Assembly (NCBI RefSeq): GCF_006345805.1 | Contig: NW_021832531.1 | Coordinates: 436,256-500,255 of the forward strand | DNA length: 64,000 nucleotides | Direction of reading: 5' to 3' | From: Octopus sinensis | Lineage: Eukaryota | Part shown: positions 1 to 13,836 of the stretch, piece by piece | Position numbering within the stretch: position 1 is the first letter of the stretch | How the letters are laid out: every line of letters begins with the position of its first letter | Notes under the pieces: generated by a model | Told to the model about the DNA's origin: nothing | Seen by the model: the letters and a program-made list of their open reading frames with translations, nothing else | Database searches by the model: none | Position numbers and translations under genes: made by a program

Positions 1-566
1 GGAAGGACTTTATGTTTTTCGTGAGTCTTCTTCAATATTATTTGTAGCAACTCCCGAAATTCTTACATTGAGAGTGTTGCAAAACCTTTCAGTTTACCTG
101 ACAAATCTCCTGCTTTTGTTGACTTTACTAACGACCGAAATAATCGTTTTTCAACCACATCATTAGCTAGCAAAAACAGTAGAATATATCATGACCAAAT
201 GTAGAAATGACAAATCCTGATAGGTCTCTTCATTTTTTTAGTGCACCTCCTCACTTTAGAGAAGAAGATATAAGCAAAGTTCTTTACAATGTTTTTCAAT
301 CTTAGATATTTGCTGATTGTGGGGCTGTTACCCCTCGTAGAATTAAGGTCTTTCCAGCTAAAGGTTATTCTTGTCTCCGTTTTTTAGACAGTAACTCTCA
401 TGCAAATGGAATTGCAGAATTCGACGATATTACTCAGGCTGCTGAGTCACTTGTATTAACCAATCATTATTCAATAAGCCATTCAAGTCCTTAGTTCTTT
501 TTATTTTTAGATTCAAGGTATCACTATATTTTTAAACTCTGCTTTTCGTCCACTACGATCGTCTAA
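1..566 (+). CDS. HNRNPL: Heterogeneous nuclear ribonucleoprotein L, 3' part (C-terminal RRMs); 5' end lies outside the window
   Basis: Removing GT-AG mini-introns (21-47, 179-204, 279-305, ~364-387, ~487-510) gives ...FTNDRNNRFSTTSLASKN..SLHFFSAPP..GIAEFDDITQAAESLVLTNHY..YIFKLCFSSTTIV*, matching the hnRNP L C-terminus (NNRF...KNRI, LHFFNAP, LKLCFS). Confidence 0.85.
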
Positions 567-732
567 TTTTCCTTTTAATGTTTGGATTATTTTAATTTTC
601 TGTAATTCATTCGAAATTTAAATAGGACAATTACATATAAATAAAATTCGATTAATGGTAGTAAAGTACACTTACGTTTTCACAAGTGAGCTATATTAGT
701 AAGTTTGTTAAAATAACTGACATAAAATAACG

Positions 733-1695
733 TTATAAAAATTTGTCAATTTGGCTATCAACTGGTTGAAAATAACCATTCGGAGTGAAACGTGGTTCGA
801 TCTTGGAAGTGTCAGTATACGTAAAGCTCCGAGTTCCACCCATATAATGATACTTTTCATATCGAAAGTCGTCAATAATAAACTGATCTTTCATCAGTGC
901 TATATAGTCTAATTCGAGGCGGAAAGGGCCGTCGATTCCGTCCATACATGTAATTCTGAGTGATTCTACGTCCGTTAACGAAATTTTGTCTTGTCGGTTA
1001 TTAAGCCTACCTTTCGTACTGTACCAAAAAACGCAAAAAGGAATCTGCAAATAATTATAAAAAACAACCTTGATGATTTGCCAATATGGACCCCCTCGAG
1101 TATACAAAACGTAATTGTTTGTGTCAAACGGATTTACACGGAATTCTCTGTAAATTGGAAGTGTACACATGTAAGCTCGTCCGTCTCCGCGAATTCGTAG
1201 AACCAACGTGTTGAAGTTAGACCAATCATAAGTAGACCTTCTATTAAATGACTTCTATCAAGATCAGTCAGGGTTTTCGTACAGAGGCTCTTGGAGATGC
1301 CAGAGTGCAAAAAGGAGTAGATTCATTCCCAAGGTATGACTCAGTGCTAAAATATCCTGTAAATATAGCCGTCTTGTTCCCAGAATATTTGACTGTTGCG
1401 TTACTCTTTCCAAGTCCGTACATTGAATCACACACAGCTTGCCACTCGTCAACTTTATCTGGGCTGTCAAAATTCCATAGTTTTTGATAGTCTCCATGAC
1501 CGATTTGTTTAAAATTAAAAAGTCGTAACTTATTCACTGTTTCATTGAAGAGGACGCCAATTTCTCTTTTAAAAAATTTTAATCGCTCTTTGATCTTGTA
1601 CGGAACAATTCTCTCATTCACCAAATCAAGAGAATTGCGGTATAAATTATTAATTTTAGTCTAAATTCATTATCATGGCCAACACTAAAAACCAT
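733..1695 (-). CDS. NDUFAF1: Complex I intermediate-associated protein 30 (CIA30)
   Basis: Motifs LWNF..WQAVCDSMYGLGKS, LRIRGDGRAY, YVLYTRGGPYWQIIKIPF and DGPFRLELDYI. Introns of 24-32 nt. ATG inferred at 1693-1695, followed by a short intron. Confidence 0.85.
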
Positions 1696-1982
1696 TTTAA
1701 AAAATTAATTATAAAAAATAATCATTAGAATTAAATTGTCAATTTTTAAGTAGTTTTATCAACAGTATTTTTGAGTGCTCTAAGAGTGAATATTCAAATA
1801 CTTCCCACTCCAACGCGTGTCGCTCTTCAAATGTCATAAAAATACCGAATTATCATAAATTAAACGAAACGAAAAATTTTTATTTTAAAAAAGGCTGTTA
1901 GTAGAGGGTATAATTAAGACCTTCGGCATTTCTGCCTTTTCAGTCCCGCACACACGCTCGCCTCTCAGCCGCAAACTAAGAC

Positions 1983-3060
1983 TTACCGCCTTACCTGCCA
2001 CCCAGACATTATCTTCTCTAAGACCTCAGGGAGGCCTTTGAGGGACAATTCCTGGGTTTCCGAGAGCTCCTCTCGCCATCCTAAGCCATGGGCTAGCCGG
2101 ATGGCTCGTCTTCTGACTTTCTTGAGCGCGTCAACGTACTTCTCCCGGTCCTCGCAGAAGTGCCAGGCATGTACGCCAGAGGTCAACACGGGTAACACCA
2201 TGGCGTTAAACACACGTAGCCAAGCACCTCTCCGCAGCCGGAAAGCACGCAACGCGCCTAATCGCTGCATTGCACGCATTTTTGTACGTGCAATGTGATC
2301 ATCAAACTTACAGGGCGGCTTAAAGATCACGCCCAAATAAGTCATCCGATCGACTACAGCAATTGCTGACCCGTTCAGCAATAACCTAGGGACGTAATTA
2401 GTGTAACCCCTCGTCCTTTTACAGACTTTGAGAACACTGCACTCGTCCGCACGCATCTTTAGACCCCTACTCCCACACCAGTTTACAAGTCCATCCACAG
2501 CAACCTTTAGCCTACGACACGCACACTCAGGTTTCATCGAGTGATCCCAGAGGATGATGTCGTCTGCATAAATTACTATTTCAGTACGAGCATTGACTGG
2601 CATGGGCGCAGATGCCATAAAGAAATTAAAAAGCGTGGGACTCAGCACAGAGCCCTGAGGGACCCCGCGAAGGACTGTTCTGACTTTGGAAAAGACCCCC
2701 TGATGCCGCACGACCTGTCCGCGAGATTCAAGGAACCCCGACAGCCAGCGCCTTAGACACGGAGAAACCCCACACGTGGCGAGGGAGCTCCGGAGGCCGT
2801 CGTGCCACACCGAGTCGAAGGCCTTTTCAATGTCAAGACTAACAACATACCACATTCTTTGTTCTGGAGGGCGCACTTCATCTCAGAAGACACCTTCCAT
2901 AAGCAGTCTCCACACGAACGACCCTCCCTGAAGCCCCATTAGAACTCGGGGAGGGCATCAGCCACCGTCAGCTCCTCCAGGAGCCTTCGGTGCATGATCC
3001 CTTCTAAAATTTTAAATACAGCGGGAAGCAAGAAAATGGGCTGTATCCCCCGGGAAATTC
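1983..3060 (-). mobile_element. 5'-truncated non-LTR retrotransposon RT (Jockey/I-like), frameshifted
   Basis: RT motifs LDIEKAFDSVWH, GVPQGSVLSP, YADD and YLGV. Confidence 0.85.
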
Positions 3061-3970
3061 TTTGATGAACAGTTAAAGGACTTTTCTGAATGGATTTATC
3101 TACTCCCACTGACTTATGCACACTCTGTGCTACTAAGAAAATCATCAGTTTCAGTAAATAAAACAGTTTTCATTTAGATTACAAAGTTTACGTTTAAAGA
3201 GTATTATTTGGTTTTTCTTTCAAACAGACTTTTACTGTTTCAAATTATACCAATTTATAAATCTCAAAATTGTCATTTTTTATTAAGAAACGGGAAAAAT
3301 AAGTTTTATTTCTATATCTTATTTCATTTTAAAGATGTTAAAAGTCTTGATTGCGACGAGAATTTTAACATGGTTTTTCACTCAAAATCAACGTTTCTAG
3401 ATTACTACAAGTATAATATTCCCTTCTTAAAAACTGATGTTTTTCTCTAACTTTGGATGCAATTTTAGATTTACAGTAAAACCTCTGGTGCTCGCCACCT
3501 CTGTTACTCGCCACCTCTATTGCTCGCCACATATTTTTCAAAAAATTAAAAATTTCTAGTAAATTTTGATAAATATTCTATTGCTCGCCATTTTCTAAAT
3601 CTCGCCATTAATTTTTAAAAATATTTTTTTTGGTTAAACTATTTTTTATATAAAAGTTGATCAGAAACAAGAAATTGATGCATTTACTTCTTTGATCTCT
3701 GCAAAGATTCAACAATATAATGCTGAAAACATTTATAACGCTGATGAAACTGGGATTTTTTACAAATCTATCCCTTCAAAATGTTTTGTCAGAAGGTTCG
3801 ATATGGACATAAAATCCTTAAAGAACGGTTTAATTTTTATTTATTTTTTAGATTTTCTTTGTTGCTATGCTCAAATATGACTGGGACAGACAAAAAATTC
3901 CACGTATGATTGGAAAGTTCCAGAAACCTCGCTGCTTTAAAAATTTTAAAGTCGAAACTTTTATCGATTA

Positions 3971-5952
3971 CTAGCTCGGCAGCTCGCTTCGCTCACCGCG
4001 ACCTAGCTCCTGCGGAGGGCCTGTTTCATCAAACAACTATAAGTTTATGTAGATGTATAAAACTACCTGGTTTAATGTAACCCTATTCTATCGCCTGTTG
4101 ATAAACGATGTTTGTCGTCCGTCCTTCCTTGGCATATATGAATAAATTTTCTCTTCTGCCTACCCTCGAGCATCCCACATACAGCTGTCCATGTGAAAAG
4201 CACTCACTCTCTAAAAATAACCCAACTACCTTTAATGACTGTCCCTGGGCCTGTTTTATTGTCATTGCAAAACTCATCCTCAAAGGAAATTGCAGCCTTT
4301 TAAATCTACATGGTAATTCATCAGAAATTATCGGAATTCGTGGAATATAAACATCCTCACCTCTATACTTACCTGTTAATATCGTCGCCTCTATTAAGTT
4401 AGCCATCAAATTTTTGATAACTAACCTCGTTCCGTTGCATAATTTAGGTGGCGCAAGATTTCGTAATAAAACCACTGGAACGCCTATCTTTAACTTTAAA
4501 AGATGATTCGGCATTCCAGAGGGATCTAAGGAGTTTAAAATTCAATCCGGTTGAATTTTTAGAAAGTAACAAAAAAATAAAGAAAAACAATAAAAATGAA
4601 TAATTTAAAAACAAAAAAATAAAAAAAAAACAAAAAAAAACTTTAAAAATTTGTAAAATGGTATAAACAAAAAAATCTCTGCCGCCACGGCAACAACCAG
4701 TCTAATTTTTTAACAGCCAATTAAGATAATGCTTAAGAACCTTTATAGTCCGGAGATTAGCTTAGTGACCTTGATTAGAGAAACCACTGGCGGAAATGGA
4801 GCAGCCAGAGATGCGGCAGGCAGAGTAGCAGCAGCCAAAAAAGCGACACACACAAAAAAGATTTAATTAATTACCTTAAGCTGACCGTTTTTTCTTCAGC
4901 TTCGTTTTTCCTCCTTCGGTTATCTATTTAAAAAATTATTTTTGAATAATAAAAAGTTTAGGAAAGAGGCATACCAAAATAAATTCTATCTTTACGAAAA
5001 ACTTAACTAAATAGTTAATATTTTTACGCAAATTCTTCTGATTGCGCTGTCAATTGGTGGTAAATTGTGTTAATGATTGTGCTAATGTGGTTTTAACTAT
5101 CAAAGTGTTTTTCAAAATCTGTTAATTGCACACTCTATTCAAGGTCGTGCAATCTGTAATTGCACATTCTGTCAAAGTCAAATATGATAATAGCTTTAAT
5201 TTTGATTCATGGTCGATAATGATATATGCATTTAATTTTAAAGAGAAAATCATAGGATGAATTGAATTTCTTTATCGCGAATAATTGGGAGTTCATCTTT
5301 GTTAATATTCTCGCTGTCGTTTCATCAAGGATATTCTTAATACGTGAGATTTTTGCCTCGAGGTTTTAATAGGCCTCATCATGAATGTCGAGGACATTAA
5401 CGTTGTTCATTTTAATCAAATGCAGAAAATAATTTTTTGATTTTTTGGCGGGAAGGTTTTAAGGACCTCATCATGTAAGTCGAGGACATCGTAGTTGTTC
5501 ATTTTAACCAAAATGCAGAAAATTTTTTTTTAATTTTTTTGGGGGGGAAGGTTTTAAGGACTTCATCATGTAAGTTGAGGACATTGTATTGTTCATTTTA
5601 ACCAAAATGCAGAAAATTTTTTTTTAATTTTTTTGGGGGGGAAGGTTTAAAGGACTTCATCATGTAAGTCGAGGACATTGTAGTTGTTCATTTTAACCAA
5701 AATGCAGAAAATTTTTTTTTAATTTTTTTGGGGGGGAAGGTTTTAAGGACTTCATCATGTAAGTCGAGGACATTGTAGTTGTTCATTTTAACCAAATGTG
5801 CAGAAATTTTTTTTTAATTTTTTTGGGGGGGAAGGTTTTAAGGACCTCATCATGTAAGTCGAGGACATCGTATTGCCAATTTGAAGTTGGTGTGCACACA
5901 CAGACAGACAGACAGACAGACAGACACACACCATACCATTTTATTATTAAGA
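3971..5952 (-). mobile_element. Non-autonomous Helitron carrying the PIF1-helicase C-terminus
   Basis: On the minus strand it starts TC (5952) and ends with a GC-rich hairpin plus CTAG (3971). ORF 4083-4514 has LLRNL..LCNGTRL, RLQFP..SFAMTI.QAQGQSL and [11 protein letters not shown]. (GTCT)n lies near the 5' end. Removing it restores the host transposase FIDY|CHPPKAWMT. Confidence 0.85.
5360..5870. repeat. ~95-bp tandem repeat (about 5 copies) inside the Helitron
   Basis: The unit aaggttttaaggacttcatcatgtaagtcgaggacattgtagttgttcattttaaccaaaatgcagaaaa...ggggg recurs. Confidence 0.9.
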
Positions 5953-6320
5953 CTGTCATCCACCAAAAGCATGGATGACAAGTAAAATTTTTAACAAATG
6001 GCTTTTAACATGGGATAGGCATCTAAAAAACGAAAAATTCTTTTATTGTGGATCGATGCCCATCCCATAAACTTTACGCTGATTTAGAGCCAATTGAAGT
6101 TCTTTACCTACCTTCGAAGACTACAACAATTCTACAACCAATGGATCAAGAATCATTAGATCCTTCAAAGGACATTTTAATAAACTTAAATTTGAGTTTA
6201 TGTTAGAAAATTGAAAATGAAGAAAATCCACTGGAAGCGCATAAAAAATTAACCTTAAAAGACGGTCTTCTTTTTACATATTTTGCCTGGAAAAAAGTAA
6301 CGACCAAAACAATTACAAAT

Positions 6321-7494
6321 CGGTACGAGCTCTCTTTGCAATCTGGCTCTCTTTGCAATCGCTCGGTACGAGCTCTCTTTGCAATCTGGCTCTCTTTGCA
6401 ATCGCTCGGTACGAGCTCTCTTTGCAATCTGGCTTTCGACGATCCAGGCTGGACTCAGGCATCCCTGCCTGTGCGCTGGGGTGGCCTTGGCTTGAGATCC
6501 TATTCCGATCTTGCCCTCCCGGCATTCCTATCCGCTCATCACGCTTCTCGTACTCTCTCAGACTCGTTCTTAGAAACCTCCCCGAACGGAAATTGTCTGA
6601 AGTTTACTCTGCAGCCCGTGGTCGGTGGGAGGCTCGGTTTGGTTCGAAGCTGCCCAACTCTCAATCTGTACAGCGCCAATGGGACGAAATCTCTTGTCAG
6701 GCAATCTTCGAAGGCCTGCTTCCTGTCTCCAATCAACACCGTGTCGCTTGCCTCCGTGCAGGTCGCTGTGAAAGCAGCGTGTCTGGTTAAAGGCTCTCCC
6801 TCTCCCTTCCATCGGAACCTGTTGGACAAGGAATGCCTAAGAATTGCAATCTCCCTCCGTGTCGGGCTGAAAATCTGCCAGTCGCACAAATGCCGTTGTG
6901 GGGGAACTGTTGACGAGTACGGTTTGCATCCCCTCGCTTGCCGGCGGAGTGCCGGTCGTGGCCCCCCGTCACAGTGAACTCAACTCAGTCGTACAGAGAG
7001 CCCTCGCCTCAGCAGGCATCCCGTCTATCCTTGAACCTGTTGGATTGGATAGAGGGGATGGCAAACGCCCTGACGGCATGTCCACCTTCCCCTACGAGCA
7101 GGGGAAATCCCTTATTTGGGATTCTACCTGCTCGGACACGTTCTCGCTGGGAAATCTCGCGCTGTCCGCCGCCAATCCTGGGCACGCTTCCAGGCAGGCC
7201 GAGGAGCGAAAGATTCTCAAGTACGGCCACCTGTCCAACTCGCTGCTCTTTACTCCAATTGCCTTGGAGTCCTCCGGATCTTCGGTCCCAAGACACTCCG
7301 CTTCCTTCGCTCGCTCGGTCGACGGATTTCAAGGACTAGTCACGATCCAAGAGAGTTTTCTTGGCTCCTGGAACGACTGTCGATTGCTGTGATCCGAGGG
7401 AACGTCTTCGCCATTCGCGCGGCTGGTCGGGTGTCTCGTGAGGCCTTTAACTAACTTAGCTATCTGTAATTAAAAAAAAAAAAAAAAAAAAAAA
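6321..7494 (+). mobile_element. 5'-truncated CRE-clade non-LTR retrotransposon (REL endonuclease) with poly(A)
   Basis: CRC...H.LAC zinc knuckle and the RH, KRPDG, WD and K..KY motifs of a restriction-like endonuclease. Poly(A) at 7472-7494. TSD aaaacaattacaaat at 6306-6320 and 7491-7505. Confidence 0.85.
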
Positions 7495-7880
7495 CAATTA
7501 CAAATTGTTTTGGACATTCAAAATGGATCGAATGTGAAAATCAACTCGAAAGACAAACTGTTGAAATTGATAATTATGATCAAATGGTAAATATCTTGAA
7601 AATATTGGGCCCGGTGGATAAAGATGATTTTATTAATCATGAATTTACCGAAATAGATGAAATTGAAGATTACCTTAATATTGCTGGAGATTCTTTCCCA
7701 CAAAAATATGACGATGAAGATACTCATAATGATGAATCTCATGTGAATTCAGAAGAGGCTTTGAAAATGTTGAAAAGAATAGTCATTCTGTTATCAAAAT
7801 GAAAATTTTGATATAAATTCGTTGAAACTAATCGACACCGTTATTAGAAATTCGGCCGCGGTGTGTTTGATACAGACACT

Positions 7881-9965
7881 AGAATAGAATAGAATAGCGT
7901 TTATTGAGCGAAAAGAAAAACAAAGAAGAAATCATCGGCGGGGAGATAAAAACAAAGCACCGAAGTGTCTCTTTCCATGCGTATCCCCAATACTAGTCAT
8001 GTTTGACGACAATTCTCCAAGACCATCCGGATCGTGGGCACAGAGGATTCTTGTGAGTCTTTTAACCTTCCGTCAAGTTGTACTCCGTAAGCCAATTTCA
8101 TAGCGAAACGTCTTGTCTTTTCAACTGTTCGATCAGGTAGTCACTCTCCTCCGTACCGTACCAGCCCTCGTAGCCATATGTGAGGACTGGCTGCACACAC
8201 GTTTTGTATACGTAGATGTACGTTTCCGGATCCAGATGGAACCTGGTTAAGCTTTTGAGGATCCTCACACTCCTCTTTCTCTGATTTGCTATATGCTCTA
8301 CGTACGAGCCACGACAGTTGATGGTTGCTCCCAGGTAAGAAAGATTTTTGCTTTTCGGAGATCCATCACATAGCTACTCATCGCATATGCACACGACTCC
8401 GCATAGCGACTCCCTCTCCGCAACCATGAAATGGTGCTCTTCTCCGGTGCTAGGGTCAAACCCTTCTCTATAGTCCACATCTTTAGCGTTGCAATGTATG
8501 ATTTCAGTCGTCTCCAAGACTGCGATATCCTTTTCGAGGTATCCATGACCAGGATATCGTCAGCATAGATAACGAGCTTGCCAGTACGTGTCGACGGCAG
8601 AGGAATGCCGCAAACGATGTGATAAAGATGACTATGAATGTTACGGAGGACTTGTTCATTGGTTACAATTTCGTGAACATGAACTGGAGTTTATTCGAAT
8701 CATATATGCGGGATTCTCTTCGAAATGTCGTGTCCCAGCCTCTGAGAAGCAGAGATGATATTGACAATCTCGATGATCACCTTAGATCGTCAATCATAAA
8801 ATTCCTGGATGTTTATGCATTAAAAAATGTATGGAAACCCAAAGTAACGCAAAAGCGGATGAATTCGAAACTTGTCACTCTGATCAGAACGAAAGGTACC
8901 CTGGAAAATCGCAGGAGAAGATGTCGGGTTGAGTCAATCAAATGCCGCCTGAAATTGGAGATCGACAAGATAAAATCTACTATTGCAAAAATGGCCAAGA
9001 CTGAGGTCGAAAGTAAATGGAGGTCTGAATGCAGAAAACTGGATAAGCGAAACCCTAATTTCTGGAAAGCATATCAACGCCTTACCAGAAATGATGCCAA
9101 AGGATTTGAAATTTCACTAAAAGAACCAGACGGAAAATATATTCCTCTGATCGTATCCCGGAAGTACTCAGGAACCAACTTAGTCAGGTTCAAGAGGTCG
9201 AATCTACCGTTCCACGAGGGACTTATGACCGAATTGTGAAGAAGCTTGGCTCTTCGCAATTATCGGAGGGACCATTATGTGGGGCGATAACACAGGAAGA
9301 GGTTGAAAGGGCAATTGCTGGGTTGAAGAACAAGGCGCCTGGCTTCGACTACATCCCTCCGAAGTTGTTAAAGAAGGCCCCTGAAATCTTGATACGAGCA
9401 TTGACTATGTTGTTTCACGCCAGCTGGACGTTCGGGCACCTTCCATCGGCGTGGAAGCATACGATTGTTCGAATGATTCCAAAATCTGGTAAATCGACAC
9501 TGCTGGCACAGAACTACCGGCCAATTAGCCTCATTTGTGCTTTCTCTAAGAAAATGGAAAAGATTGTCTTTAACAGACTCTCTGGTCATATAGAGTCACA
9601 AAATTTGCTTTTACCCGAACAATGGGGATTTCGTGGAGGAAGATCCACAGGGGACTGTCTCAGGGAGTTAGAGCACCAATTATCCCGTGCTGACAGAAAT
9701 GAAGCATGGCTAACTGTGGTTGTGTCTGGATCTGGCCAAAGCCTTCGATAGCGTGTGGCACCTGGGCCTACTCTCCAGAATCCATGACATCGGAGCCGGG
9801 ATAAAGACCTATCGATGGCTGGAGAGCTTCTTGTCAGGAAGACAATCATTTGTCCGCTGGGAAACCGCCTATCGGGGTGTGTGGAACTTAGAAGGGAGTC
9901 CCGCAGGGATCTATCTTGAGTCCACTTCTGTTCAACCTCTTCTTGGCGGACATTCCTCTGCCGTC
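7881..9965 (-). mobile_element. Jockey/I-like LINE with an inverted 5' segment (twin-priming structure)
   Basis: The 3' segment is on minus at 7881-8617 (YADD, AATAAA, (TTCTA)n tail). The upstream RT segment is on plus at 8618-9965. TSD gatacagacact at 7869-7880 and 9966-9977. Confidence 0.8.
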
Positions 9966-10924
9966 GATACAGACACTTTAAAATTTTAAAGATGTGGGAT
10001 TTCTAACAAAAATTCTAAAAACAATCCTAACCCTAATTGTTGAAGACGTATTTGATACAGTTCCCTATGCGGCCTTCGGCCGCGGTGTGTTTGATACAGA
10101 CTTTTAGAAAGCTTAAAGATGTGAGATTTCTAGCAAAAATTCTAAAAACAATCCTAACCAAAAGCCTAATTGTTTTCTAAATTCATCTTTATTTAAAGAT
10201 AGTTAGTTAACTAGTGTTAATCTGTAATATCGTACTTTTCACACAATTTAGTCATATAGGAATTAGTAAATTCCTTTCCATTATCAGTATGTAAAATCCG
10301 TGGTGGTCCGACATAGTAAAACACGTTCTGAAATAAATCCGATATTTCTTTAGCCGATTTTGTCTTGGCTAATTCCACAATTGCATACTTTGAAAAAGAG
10401 TCGACGATGACCAGAATCTAAAAGAGCTTGTATTTAAAATTATAAATACCCAAGAAAATGAATCATTGATGTCACTATATCTTCGTAAATCTATTAAATC
10501 AGCTATATAACGATCTCTTGGTCTTTTATCAATTATTGGCGTAATAGGAGGTTTAGTGGCCATCAACTTTAATGACTAGGAATTTGAAACATAAAAAATA
10601 CCTGACAATAAACACATTTTTTTATAGCATCAGCAATCTCTCGACGAGATATGGAATAATAAGATGTTCGCAATTTACTAAACAATCTATCTCGTCCGAA
10701 ATGATTGTAGTTACGCTCCGCCTAAATTTTTTTAACTTTTTTGAATACCTCTAAGGTTTTTTCCCTTAGTTCCACTTCGTCCTCACAAAAAAACGTTACC
10801 AAAGACCCTTGTGTAAAATATACACTTTATCTTCATTGAATATCATTTTTTTGGCCAAATTTTTGTATAGAAATCTTTTCTTACGGTCGATATTCCCATC
10901 CGGCTCATCAATTGACTGGCCGTC

Positions 10925-11649
10925 GGTAATCTCCAATTTTAGTCATGGTATAAATCTCGACGTATAAGCAATAGATTATAATTATTTTTTCATTTTTTAT
11001 TAATTTAAGTTAATTTTAATGGGATTGTTTAAATTTAAATGGATTTGTCTATTGTTGATGCGGCTGCAGTCAAGTCTGATGAGCAAATAATGCAGGAATA
11101 TAACCGGTTTTCGTCTCTAAACAGGCTCTTCGGCGATAATATAGAAGAGTGTGTAATTTGGTGCGCAGAGAGGCGGTTGATCTCTAACACAATGAAATGC
11201 GTTCGCTGTAAAGTAAAACCTATATTCTCAAAAATAGAGACGCTGTCGTTTATCTAAGTCAAAAAGAAACGTGGACAACGCAATTTGGTTATGCATTCCA
11301 TGCAATACTTCTCGAAGTATAAGAACGAACAGCTGGTTTTCCAGTAAGTGATCCTTAAACTAATTTTAGGAAGTCATTTACCGTTAGCGAAAATTTTGAT
11401 GCTTACGTATATGTGGGCATTAAATTATTTTAGGAACATCGCGAGCGTTATTTGAATCTTATTTGGACGAATTCACGTGGCGGACCTCGGTAGTTGATAA
11501 AGAGAAGATATTCCAAGAATTTCTGCTCCTAATAGTTAGCAATAGACAATCCCATTAAAATTAACTTAAATTAATAAAAAATGAAAAAATAATTAAAATC
11601 TATTGCTTATACGTCGAGATTTATACCATGACTAAAATTGGAGATTACC
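10925..11649 (+). mobile_element. Merlin (ISXO2/IS1016-like) non-autonomous DNA transposon
   Basis: ~110-bp TIRs starting ggtaatctccaattttagtc. 9-bp TSD ctggccgtc (10916-10924, 11650-11658). CxxC zinc-ribbon N-terminus (MKCVRC...CIPC..RSIRTNSWF). Confidence 0.85.
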
Positions 11650-12636
11650 CTGGCCGTCTTGAATTTCTTTGATTATTTTTAGATCCGAAGCTTTCAGTTT
11701 GCACGCTTAAAAAAAATAATTAAAAATATTAACTATTAATATTTTAATTAATTAAAAAATGCATTTTCAATCAATTATTTATAGAATTTGCTATTTATTT
11801 TGCTTTTTATGCTCTAGTGTCCATTCAACGGCGTGTCCATTCTATGGACGGTGACATTGATTATTTCCATTGCTCGCCAAATTCTATTGCTCGCCATTTT
11901 TTCTTCGGTCCCGAAAATGGCGAGCACCAGAGGTTTTACTGTATTTTTAGATCTCCGATCACTTTATTCAAAAATTACAATTTTTTACTTTAGCAAAATT
12001 CACGCCAATTCATAATTTTTAATTGGCAGAATATTATTTAATGCTACTTTATCATGACTAAGCTAATAAATTTATTTCTTCAATTACAAATAACCGCAAT
12101 TGACTAATTTTTTTGTAGTTACAAAAAAAATTGACTAATTATTTTTTAATAGATTTAATTTCACTCTTTATTTAAAATATAGCTGACATAGATAAAACAC
12201 CAGTTTTTAGGTGAAATAAAGCTTCTAAAAATTTCACGAGTCAATACCAACATCTGCATGTTTTCTTTGACAAGGTAAATATATTTATTGATGTGAATTC
12301 CACCTTAATTAATAACTGATTAAAATGAAGAATCTAGCGTTTTATTTTAGGATGGATTTCAATTCAGAATTTAGCTTTCATTTTAATTTAGAATTTAGTA
12401 TTTTAAAAAAATCCATCATAAAATATTTACTTCGAAGGCTAAGACTTAGTTAGCTAGTTACTTTTTAATTTAAATTTTATTAAGAAAAGATTTGAAATTC
12501 AAACTGTTTCTGATTTTAAAGCGGAATTTTTTTAATCCTTATTTTTTTACTAATCACTTTGAAATTAAATTTAATGTCCAACCCATAATCTTTAATATAA
12601 AATACAAAAATTCTTAATATTTTTGAAGAAATTTTA

Positions 12637-13836
<1,200 letters not shown>

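Larger units (their letters stand above)
7851..11856 (-). mobile_element. Ginger-like (retroviral-integrase type) DNA transposon remnant, interrupted by a LINE and a Merlin
   Basis: Integrase-core motifs on the minus strand at 10250-10570 (RYIADLIDL, DSFSKYA, ILHTDNGKEF). TGT-type end with internal repeats at 11817-11856. The other end is not clearly defined. Confidence 0.6.
3474..11941 (+). mobile_element. pogo/Tigger DNA transposon hosting five nested insertions
   Basis: TIRs cagtaaaacctctggtgctcgcca / tggcgagcaccagaggttttactg flanked by TA. Transposase pieces (IYNADETGIFYK; KAWMT; LQPMDQ) at 3692-3970, 5953-6320 and 7495-7850 rejoin when the inserts are removed. Confidence 0.9.

Noticed and set aside
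4083-4514. Host PIF1 helicase gene
   Set aside because: Only the C-terminus is present, and it lies within Helitron termini.
5360-5870. ~95-bp repeats as a possible CRISPR array or RNA gene cluster
   Set aside because: The units are near-identical along their whole length and lie inside a Helitron.
10023-10036. cctaaccctaa telomere-like motif (also near 20397)
   Set aside because: Only 1-2 units, inside transposon subterminal sequence.
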